This document shows positions 9,740 to 17,523 of a DNA stretch of 61,011 nucleotides, in pieces (position 1 is the stretch's first letter; each line of letters starts with the position of its first letter). Source of the stretch: a virus (lineage: Duplodnaviria > Caudoviricetes); IMG/VR virus record IMGVR_UViG_3300007538_000027, positions 1-61,011 of that record, one strand, 5' to 3'. The notes under the pieces were generated by a model, which did no database searches, was not told the origin of the DNA, and saw nothing but the letters and a program-made list of their open reading frames with translations. Position numbers and translations under genes: made by a program.

Positions 9740-10433
9740 TTAATTGTAGTTCCTCATCATTTTCAGTTATCAAACTATCTCTTTGTTCATTTCTCAAATC
9801 AAAGAGAATTTTAAAATCACCGTCTTTAAGTTCATCTTGCATTGAAAACTTAACACCAAAGATTTTCTTATCATAAAGTATGTTAGATGTCTTATCACCT
9901 TGAAGGTATAAACCTGTCATCAATTCATAATGTTTATTAAGTAAGAAATACTTGAGTTGTAAACTTGACCAACTAGGATCAGTTTTTTCATTGTTAAACA
10001 AGTCTAGTAGGTAATCGCGCTTACTTTCAGCATTGCGGAAAAACTTAGTTAGTTGGGAGGATTGTAATTTGTACCTATCATCATTAACAAGGTCCACAAC
10101 TTCCGAATACAAACACCTAGATAGATGTCCTGATTTACTTCTACTTGTTGAATAGGTGACTATCCCAAAAGCCTTAAAGTCTTCAATCTTCCTTTGTACG
10201 GTAGATATACTAGTACCACACTGTAAGGCTATATACTCTAAACTCATTGCTGTTTTAACTTTCTTTCTTGTATTGTAATTAAAACTAGAGAATAGATAAC
10301 AATATATAACCTTATGAGCTAACCCTAGTTTAAGTGTTAACTCTTTACCTTGAGAGGTATCTATTCGTAGTACCTTTTCAGCTTGTCTCAATATGGTAGG
10401 TATCTTGTCGAATGTATCTTTTAATGCAGTCAT
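9699..10433 (-). CDS. winged helix-turn-helix DNA-binding protein (replication-initiator-like)
   Basis: SLEYIALQCGTSISTVQRKIEDFKAFGIVTY HTH followed by a wing. Confidence 0.6.
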   Translation of the reverse strand: MTALKDTFDKIPTILRQAEKVLRIDTSQGKELTLKLGLAHKVIYCYLFSSFNYNTRKKVKTAMSLEYIALQCGTSISTVQRKIEDFKAFGIVTYSTSRSKSGHLSRCLYSEVVDLVNDDRYKLQSSQLTKFFRNAESKRDYLLDLFNNEKTDPSWSSLQLKYFLLNKHYELMTGLYLQGDKTSNILYDKKIFGVKFSMQDELKDGDFKILFDLRNEQRDSLITENDEELQLNDKQAYNRELENF

Positions 10434-10438
10434 ACATA

Positions 10439-10651
10439 TTATAATGACTTTTTAAGGATAAGAAACAACTCATAAGCGATTGCCATATCAAAGAGTAATC
10501 CAATCTTTTTGGCTTTACGTGCCCGATACTTTCTACTGTTAAACTGTTCAGCAGTCACAGCACCTGTTAAAAGGTCGTCTATGAGTTCCCTAGTCTGATG
10601 AGATAAATTAAAACTCTTTGTATATGCTTCTAGTGTGTTGTCATTAATCAT
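10439..10651 (-). CDS. hypothetical protein
   Basis: AAGGAG SD; first gene of small leftward operon. Confidence 0.6.
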   Translation of the reverse strand: MINDNTLEAYTKSFNLSHQTRELIDDLLTGAVTAEQFNSRKYRARKAKKIGLLFDMAIAYELFLILKKSL

Positions 10652-11250
10652 GTTTGTATTACTCCTTTTATGTACCTATGCAATAATGATACCAGTTATA
10701 AAACACTCACTCAATAGTAATGAATCAATAATATTATCTTATCGACATAATAGTGTCGTTTACACCAAAGTTCATAATAAAGTATAAGGTAATATCTTGT
10801 TGGTATTAAGTACCTTTACTGATGGTTAAATAATGTACTTCACCTATATTCATTTTGACCTATGTAGTAGATCCTTAGCTATCGCGAATTTAATAATTTT
10901 CCCAACTTTTTAGAATTGACAACACTGACAAAGCTACAACTGACAAATTGAATAGTGAAAACCAATTTTATGAATAGTGTATAATGAGTTTGGTTTGTAT
11001 GATGGGGTTTATTGAGGTAGGGTACATTTAAAATAGTACTTGAATTGTGATTGCTACAATACTAAAAAATAGCTTGACATATAAACCTAGATGCATTATG
11101 CAAAACAAAATACTACTAAATGATAATAATTATCATTAGCATTATTATTTGTAACAATGTCAGCTACTAAACAACTGGACACATTAAGCACAGGTTTATT
11201 GTTGAATGTCAACATATACCGTTATAACTAAATGTTATTAAAAACCTATA

Positions 11251-11267
11251 TGCATTACGCATGCCAA
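11251..11267 (-). promoter_or_regulatory. sigma54 (-24/-12)-like site
   Basis: TTGGCATGCGTAATGCA, GG-N10-GC spacing. Confidence 0.5.
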
Positions 11268-11485
11268 GATCTGAAGAATTGAGATCTATTTGTTTTGATA
11301 CCAGTATAAGGGTACAACATTATAAAGGCTTAAAACGCTTCCTATTGCGTTTAAGCAGAGAATGAGAATTATTATCGTTTAGATAAATTAATTTAGATTT
11401 ATTTTCAATTAGGGGTTGTTTTATTAATTCAAAGGAGTATACTCTTTATATCGAAACAAAACCTAACAAGTAAACGGGATTCAAA

Positions 11486-11722
11486 ATGTTAAAATTCACA
11501 CGTAAATATAAAGGTTGTTACACAGCTACCATTCAAGGTGTTACTTTTAGAGTTGAAGCTTTAGATGAGCCTTGCGGCAAGGATAACTGGGCTGTCAGGA
11601 TCGATGGTGATAGAGATTGTGATTGGGTAGCTTACTTTGTAACTAAAAGAGAATGTGTGGAAAGTGCAAACAGAACAGCAACATATTGCCTTGCACGTTT
11701 GATTAGAGAATTTGGAGTATAA
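11486..11722 (+). CDS. early hypothetical protein
   Basis: promoter 11416-11443 and SD. Confidence 0.65.
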   Translation: MLKFTRKYKGCYTATIQGVTFRVEALDEPCGKDNWAVRIDGDRDCDWVAYFVTKRECVESANRTATYCLARLIREFGV

Positions 11723-11939
11723 TATTATCATGTACACTAGAAATCACAGTAATCAGCTTATTGAAATTGAACTGAAAGGGAGATTATCTGTCAAGGTATT
11801 AAACCTAATCAGGACTGTTTATTTAAATCTAAATGATAATCATTACTATGTAAAATACAATAGTGATTATGTAAAGGTGTTAAAGGTAAGTAATGGTAAT
11901 GAAATATGGTGGAGGGGTAGTTTAGCACAATGCCAATGA
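11712..11939 (+). CDS. hypothetical protein
   Basis: follows upstream ORF, ends before terminator. Confidence 0.5.
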   Translation: MEYNIIMYTRNHSNQLIEIELKGRLSVKVLNLIRTVYLNLNDNHYYVKYNSDYVKVLKVSNGNEIWWRGSLAQCQ

Positions 11940-11960
11940 GAATAGTTATCGTTGAAATTT

Positions 11961-11985
11961 AGCCCACCTCTGGTGGGTTTTTTCA
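11961..11985 (+). terminator. intrinsic terminator
   Basis: AGCCCACC/GGTGGGTT stem plus T tract. Confidence 0.85.
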
Positions 11986-12001
11986 TACCTATAATTTACC
12001 C

Positions 12002-12082
12002 TGTTGATAACTTATCAACAACCATCATACTTAATGTGAATAACCCTGTGGATAAAACCTAATTTCAACGATCTATTTCTTT
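12002..12082. promoter_or_regulatory. four DnaA boxes plus an oriC-type 13-mer
   Basis: TGTTGATAA 12002, TTATCAACA 12012, TGTGAATAA 12035, TGTGGATAA 12047; GATCTATTTCTTT 12070-12082. Confidence 0.7.
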
Positions 12083-12192
12083 CTATACCAATGTAAAGGT
12101 AAACAAGATAATAGCTTAAATCGCTGTTTAAGAGGCTTATAATTAATATTGTAATTAGCTAATGTAATGTTGTGTTTAACACTATAATTTAA

Positions 12193-12240
12193 TTGGCACA
12201 GGATGTGCATAGTTTATTATGTTGGCACCAATTAGGTGCA
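12193..12240 (+). promoter_or_regulatory. sigma54-like site and NtrC-like box
   Basis: TTGGCACAGGATGTGCA 12193-12209; GGCACCAATTAGGTGCA 12224-12240 (GCAC-N7-GTGC). Confidence 0.5.
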
Positions 12241-13470
12241 ATAATGTAATGGCTGTCACTGTGTGACTAAGTGTTAGAAGTGTTGAGTATGTGATTAGAG
12301 GTAATGTAAGGCTTTACTTATAACCGCTAGGTTAACTAACATAATGGTAGAACCGTTGGTTCAATATATTAATGTGTGGAGGAGTGAAGGGGGAGAATTG
12401 TTAATGTATTACGAAGGAATGCTTAGGGTTATACCGTTAGGTATGAAATTGTATTAAGTACGAACCAACGGTTCAATAGTATAATGGTAGGTAACTTTTA
12501 AATTGTGATGACGGATGAAGTTGGCGAGCTAACGAGTGAGTGAAACGAACGAGGTTATGCTTAACAATCTTTCATCCCTTCACCTTCGATGCATCGCATC
12601 ACACTTTAATATAGTTGGTGGCTACACCCGCCACAATAGAGAACAATAACACTAATGATAATCATTACCATTTACACTGTGAATACTAATACAAATGATA
12701 AGTGTTCTCGTTTACAAATGTAATTAATTGGAACCGTTGAGGTTCAACTATAATAGTGTGCTAATAAGAATCATTCGTATTTAACTCAGGTTATACATGT
12801 GTATTAAAACTGGGTAAAGGTTAACGAGGTTGAATAGAGTTAGTTTGTGAGGTGTGTTGGTCTAAGTTGGTGCCGATTGTAGGCACAGCAAGGGTTTGAG
12901 AGGCATACAAATATTTCATATGGACGAAGATGATAATAAGTCTCATTCGCACTGGGTTAAGCACCACTCTTGGTGAACTTAAGGTTTACCCACATTATAA
13001 CCCACCCAACACTATACTATTGTGCCCACGGCACCACCACATACACCTGTCAGTCACCATTAATCCTCACACCAAAGGTGTAACATATAGATATTTTCTG
13101 TCCCACACAGGGACAAACAGAGGTGCCATTTTATTACCCCAAAAATAGGGGGTGGGTGTTTAGTAAACTCAACATTATAAATTTATCATACCTACCATAA
13201 TCTCTGTAAGCATCACAGTTAAGTTATAATTCTATAATAGTACATTGGCCTTACTAATAGTGTTACAGCCTCTTAGATGGCTTCTATGGAAGCTACAATG
13301 ATATTCGGTGATGTGTATATTGGTGTAGGATATTTTATGTAGGGGTTTATACAGGAATGGGGTGCTATATTTAGATTGGTAAAATCGGGAGGGGTGTATA
13401 ATTTGTAATATAACAACAATAAGGTTGCACAGGGTTAGGATGTACTGATAATAACATTAGAATAAAACTA

Positions 13471-13649
13471 CTGTTGTTATATACAGTGTATTAGTCTATT
13501 AATACAGTATACAAAGTATTGATATCCTTATTTAATATACCTGTTTATATGTACAGTGCTGTATGAATATACAGTAGTTAACATAATAGAATATCACACT
13601 AAATAATGAACAGTGTACACAATAATATTATAGCTGTACATTTATACAG
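13471..13649. promoter_or_regulatory. cluster of four LexA (SOS) boxes
   Basis: perfect CTGT-N8-ACAG with AT-rich spacers at 13471, 13541, 13559, 13634. Confidence 0.8.
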
Positions 13650-13934
13650 TATTAACCAACACATTCAGTTTAAAGTATTACAGTTGTAATCGTTAGCCAA
13701 CTAGATTAAAAACAATGTTTTCTATATTAATATTGGTATCTAATAGTAAATGGTGGATAAACTACTGTGTTATAATGTAATGAGGTGAGCTGAATGAAGC
13801 TGTGAGAGGAGATAATTAAGAAGTGTTATGGTTGTGAGGGTATTGTGTAAGACGGCTTAAAACGCTTCCTATAGAGTCATAGAATATACATAGAAAAACA
13901 CCACCTCAATTGTTATACTGAAGTGGTGTGATGT

Positions 13935-14159
13935 TTACTCCTTGTAACTTTCTAGTAACTCTTTAAACTCTCTTAGTACCATTAACATATCTGTATTACA
14001 TTGTGGTGGTAAGTCTAGAGGTGGTGCATAATAAATATTTTCACACCGTTGTATGAACTGTTCAATCTTCTCAGCAGAACGAATAAACTCATCCATTATC
14101 CATTCATCTGGACGCTCTACTCTCCAGTATTTTAAATGGTCACTTAGTTTAATTGACAT
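13935..14159 (-). CDS. hypothetical protein
   Basis: last gene of leftward operon. Confidence 0.65.
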   Translation of the reverse strand: MSIKLSDHLKYWRVERPDEWIMDEFIRSAEKIEQFIQRCENIYYAPPLDLPPQCNTDMLMVLREFKELLESYKE

Positions 14160-14355
14160 TATTCACCTCCTTACTTACTTTAATAATATGCTCCAGTAAA
14201 TAATCATTATCTTTGCAATATTCAATAAATTTGTCTAAAGTAACATACCCATCTGGACAACTACCATATAGTCTATTGTTAACTTCGAATTCATCTTTAA
14301 GGTACTTTAAATCCTCTGCTAGTTGCATTATTTTCTTAACCTTATCATCTACCAT
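14149..14355 (-). CDS. hypothetical protein
   Basis: GAGGAG SD; operon. Confidence 0.65.
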   Translation of the reverse strand: MVDDKVKKIMQLAEDLKYLKDEFEVNNRLYGSCPDGYVTLDKFIEYCKDNDYLLEHIIKVSKEVNNVN

Positions 14356-14370
14356 ATTGATTCTCCTCAG

Positions 14371-14691
14371 CTACTTAGCCACCCATTTAATACTACGAAC
14401 CTCTTTAGGTTCCACTTCAACCATATCATCAAATGACTGCCATGTGAACCCTGCATCTTCCCAACTGTTATCACCTGAGTATGTGCATACATCAAACATA
14501 AAATATCGTGGTGTATTGTCATCAATAATCTCAACTACACGAGACTCTTCTACACGCCAACGATACTCTACTGAATCACCTTGCCACTTAGCTGGGAAAC
14601 ATTCTGATAATGTCTCACGTAAACCTTCAATAGAGACATCATAACCTCTTTCAATATTATATTCAATCAATAATTGTGCTAATGTTTTCAT
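14371..14691 (-). CDS. hypothetical protein
   Basis: TAATG coupling. Confidence 0.7.
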   Translation of the reverse strand: MKTLAQLLIEYNIERGYDVSIEGLRETLSECFPAKWQGDSVEYRWRVEESRVVEIIDDNTPRYFMFDVCTYSGDNSWEDAGFTWQSFDDMVEVEPKEVRSIKWVAK

Positions 14692-15755
14692 TATTTATTA
14701 CCACTCCCTCTAATGTTAATGTAATCTACTTTGTCGTATGTACAACCTAATCCACCACAGGATTCACACTCATGTACTGGAGCGTTGATTGTATCCATTA
14801 AGGTGTATAAGTATAGCTTCATATTCTCAACTAAGTCTGCTAGGCCATCACCTTTGAAACCTTCAATTGGTGTGTAGTTACCATACTTTTTACTTGGACA
14901 CATTTCAAATATATCCACTTCTTTAGTGGAGATTGTTTGTGTTTTGAACTTAGGTTTAGCATAACTTCTACCATTACTCTTTTTAGTCTCTGTACTCTTC
15001 ACAAACGGTTTAATGTGAATTAGCTTCTTTACAGTCATACAGAACTCATAATCTGCTGTAATCCTAGCATACTTAGGGTTAATATTTTCCTTGATATAAT
15101 TACGTACAATGCTATAAGTAGTGTCTTGGTTGATATAACATGGACGATTGTGCAACACTAAGTCTGGTGTTAATAATTCCTCAAGTTCATAGTAATGTGC
15201 CACTGAAGTAATGTTATTCTCAACTACTTTGTCAGAGTAAGAGTTACGAGTAATAACACGAACCTTCATATCTTTGAAATTATTCTCAACTAAGGTGTGT
15301 TCAATAGTGCCTTTGTAATCTACTTCATATTCCACATCAACCATGACATCTGGTAATCTTTCCTTGACACGGTGATACAATCCTCTGTAAGCATAGTACT
15401 TACTTTCAGAACCAATATACCAATCACAATCTTCATCAATTTCATCAGCCTCAGCAGGAGTTAACACTTTAGGAATAACACCATCAATGTGTGTAGATTC
15501 ATCTCGTAATACCCAAGATACTCCTCCATAGCCACCAGATTGGTTCTTTTTAATAGAAGTGATTTCACTCTCACCTTCTAAGAAGTACCAATCACTTTTG
15601 TGTTCACTTTCAACTAAAGGTTTACCATTTAGTAAGGTTACATTGCAAATACTATCACGCTTCTTAAGATAGTTCCATTTAGAGTTTGCGTAGTACAACC
15701 CTTTCTCTGTATTGTATGCAACAAGACTCAATTTTTGTGTAGTCATTTTAATCAT
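14691..15755 (-). CDS. conserved-type phage protein, C-terminal CxxCxGxG
   Basis: 354-aa ORF, AAGGAG SD. Confidence 0.75.
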   Translation of the reverse strand: MIKMTTQKLSLVAYNTEKGLYYANSKWNYLKKRDSICNVTLLNGKPLVESEHKSDWYFLEGESEITSIKKNQSGGYGGVSWVLRDESTHIDGVIPKVLTPAEADEIDEDCDWYIGSESKYYAYRGLYHRVKERLPDVMVDVEYEVDYKGTIEHTLVENNFKDMKVRVITRNSYSDKVVENNITSVAHYYELEELLTPDLVLHNRPCYINQDTTYSIVRNYIKENINPKYARITADYEFCMTVKKLIHIKPFVKSTETKKSNGRSYAKPKFKTQTISTKEVDIFEMCPSKKYGNYTPIEGFKGDGLADLVENMKLYLYTLMDTINAPVHECESCGGLGCTYDKVDYINIRGSGNK

Positions 15756-15760
15756 TCTCC

Positions 15761-15994
15761 TTACTTAGTTTTAGTCAGCACTTCATTAATCATAATATTC
15801 AGATCAATAGGATGCATATTACCTTTACTTAGGCTTAATAGTGTATCACGTAATAACTTATTATCTTCTACTAATTTATCATGAGAGTCAGCCACATTTT
15901 TACATTTAATGGCTATATCTGCAGCCACACTAGAATCACACGCAAGGTAGACAACTTCTGCAACCTTTCTAATATTATTAACTACATCGCTCAT
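15761..15994 (-). CDS. hypothetical protein
   Basis: operon context. Confidence 0.6.
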   Translation of the reverse strand: MSDVVNNIRKVAEVVYLACDSSVAADIAIKCKNVADSHDKLVEDNKLLRDTLLSLSKGNMHPIDLNIMINEVLTKTK

Positions 15995-15995
15995 A

Positions 15996-16199
15996 TTAAT
16001 ACCCCTTATCTACATTAGCATTAACACACTCCAAGAGACTTACCAGTAGGTTACTCTTTACACTACCAACCCTACCTGTCATAGTTGTATTATATACTTG
16101 TGCAGCCAATAAGGTTTGCGATACTAATTCTTGTAGCTCATAAAACTCTTTCTGACTACGTAAGATAAAGTCTTCATTTGATTCTTTCATATAAACCAC
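15996..16199 (-). CDS. hypothetical protein
   Basis: operon context. Confidence 0.55.
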   Translation of the reverse strand: MVYMKESNEDFILRSQKEFYELQELVSQTLLAAQVYNTTMTGRVGSVKSNLLVSLLECVNANVDKGY

Positions 16200-16410
16200 C
16201 CTCCAGAACTTTATTGATAGTTATACTAACAGGAGACCCGCAGTATAAAGGGTCAATCTTTAGCCACGAATCAGCAAGAATTAAAGCATCTTTCAGCAGC
16301 TTATTTTGCTCGGTTAGTTCGCTTGTCAAGCTTAGTAATTGTTCTGCCGAGTTACATATTTCACCAGTACGCTCAAACTCTTTCCATGCATTATCAAGGT
16401 GTTCATTCAT
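16174..16410 (-). CDS. hypothetical protein
   Basis: AAGGAGG SD. Confidence 0.65.
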   Translation of the reverse strand: MNEHLDNAWKEFERTGEICNSAEQLLSLTSELTEQNKLLKDALILADSWLKIDPLYCGSPVSITINKVLEGGLYERIK

Positions 16411-16420
16411 AACTACCTCC

Positions 16421-16690
16421 TTAAAATAAATCTTTGTTAATAAAATTGATTACCTTCTCGTATGGCTTAGATGATAACACCATTTTACCTAAGATTTCAA
16501 CACTTATTAACCCTAAAGTAAAAATAGTTGAGTGTGGTGCTAGGATAAACACAATAAGGTACTTGAGTTTGAATCCTTGTTTAGGGTATGTGTAGCAATG
16601 GACATTCCACCAATATGCTATTAAAGGTACCATTGCCATCGAGTATACTACAAAACTAAAGAATATAAATATTGGTATAGTGTTGTCCAT
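16421..16690 (-). CDS. two-TM membrane protein
   Basis: two hydrophobic segments. Confidence 0.6.
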   Translation of the reverse strand: MDNTIPIFIFFSFVVYSMAMVPLIAYWWNVHCYTYPKQGFKLKYLIVFILAPHSTIFTLGLISVEILGKMVLSSKPYEKVINFINKDLF

Positions 16691-16695
16691 TTCTA

Positions 16696-17004
16696 TTACT
16701 CTCCTTTCAATTCTTTAAATTTAATAATGGCTTCGTCACCACGTATACAACTTCCATCCCATTTCTGTATGTAAGCTAAACTTGTAGCACCATGACCACA
16801 ACATGCATTCATGACATCACCACTAAGCTTACCTAGACAGCCATCATACACTTCATGTTCACTACCTTGTGTATTATCAAGTATAGGTGGTTTACCGCAG
16901 TGTGTACACTTTCCATATTGACCACTACCTGACATTTCTGGTGTGTAGGTATTCATCTTACTCTCCCTTAATTTATTCTTCAAACACAACAATACCTTGT
17001 TCAA
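16696..17004 (-). CDS. Cys-rich hypothetical protein
   Basis: CTHC...DGCLG...NACCGHG motif. Confidence 0.6.
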   Translation of the reverse strand: MNKVLLCLKNKLRESKMNTYTPEMSGSGQYGKCTHCGKPPILDNTQGSEHEVYDGCLGKLSGDVMNACCGHGATSLAYIQKWDGSCIRGDEAIIKFKELKGE

Positions 17005-17085
17005 TTGCCCACGTCAAGGTTTTTATTTAATTTAAACAGAAAAGCACAAACATACAAGTTACTGTACATTTGTGCTTGTTGTAAT

Positions 17086-17523
17086 TTATAATGTTTCTTG
17101 GTTAACTTTAAATTTATTAACAAATCTACATTGTGTTGGGTTAAGATAACAATCCTTACCTCCATTAAATAAATCCTTAACTTGATTATATTCAGTTTCC
17201 CACAAACTCATATAAAAATTTCCCCAGCCTTTTCTATCTACATCACAGAAAGAAGCTTCGTCTTCTTTAGAAAAAGTTATGTACTTGTTCTTATGTAACC
17301 AACCATGATAGGTATCCATAAAACTTCTTTCGCCAGTATACTTCTCAAATAAAGTTAATTCTCTCCACAATTTATACCACCAAGAAGGCTGGTACTCACT
17401 CTCAGCCAATGCAACTTTCTTACGTACAATACCTCTAGCAGTATTAACACGTAATCTGTAGTTGTCTAATGCCGAACCAATTTCTTCTTTTGTATAAAGT
17501 GCCATTCCAAGAAAATCTGCCAT
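17086..17523 (-). CDS. hypothetical protein
   Basis: AAGGAGG SD. Confidence 0.7.
   Translation of the reverse strand: MADFLGMALYTKEEIGSALDNYRLRVNTARGIVRKKVALAESEYQPSWWYKLWRELTLFEKYTGERSFMDTYHGWLHKNKYITFSKEDEASFCDVDRKGWGNFYMSLWETEYNQVKDLFNGGKDCYLNPTQCRFVNKFKVNQETL

Larger units (their letters stand above)
2940..11443 (+). promoter_or_regulatory. series of ~12 strong sigma70-type early promoters, most with A-rich UP elements
   Basis: -35/-10 pairs at 2940-2968, 3492-3519, 3978-4005, 4611-4638, 4832-4859, 5313-5340, 6575-6602, 7122-7150, 7575-7603, 8511-8539, 9045-9072, 11416-11443; mostly preceded by AAATAAA-like tracts and followed by SD and a small ORF. Confidence 0.75.
11283..12126 (+). 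repeat. ~57-bp imperfect direct repeat (11283-11340 and 12070-12126)
   Basis: GATCTATTT...ATACCA...GGTA...GCTTAAA(A/T)CGCT in both copies. Confidence 0.7.
11118..12948. promoter_or_regulatory. cluster of 8 Fur box-like palindromes
   Basis: 11118-11138 (19/20), 11360-11380 (17/20), 11831-11851 (17/20), 11934-11954 (15/20), 12653-12673 (18/20), 12693-12713 (16/20), 12762-12782 (14/20), 12928-12948 (16/20) versus AAATGATAATnATTATCATTT. Confidence 0.75.

Noticed and set aside
11223-11237. ArcA-like box TATAACTAAATGTTA
   Set aside because: 12/15 match to an AT-rich consensus is not distinguishable from background here.
12004-12018. TTGAT...ATCAA as an FNR box
   Set aside because: Spacer is 5 rather than 4 bp; the sequence is explained by two opposed DnaA boxes.
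12255-12267. GTCACTGTGTGAC as a MatP site (matS)
   Set aside because: Half-sites are in the opposite order to GTGACRNYGTCAC; left as an unassigned palindrome.
12930-13148. 72-aa plus-strand ORF in the non-coding zone
   Set aside because: No convincing SD, odd His/Pro/Thr composition reflecting C-rich DNA, starts inside a Fur box.
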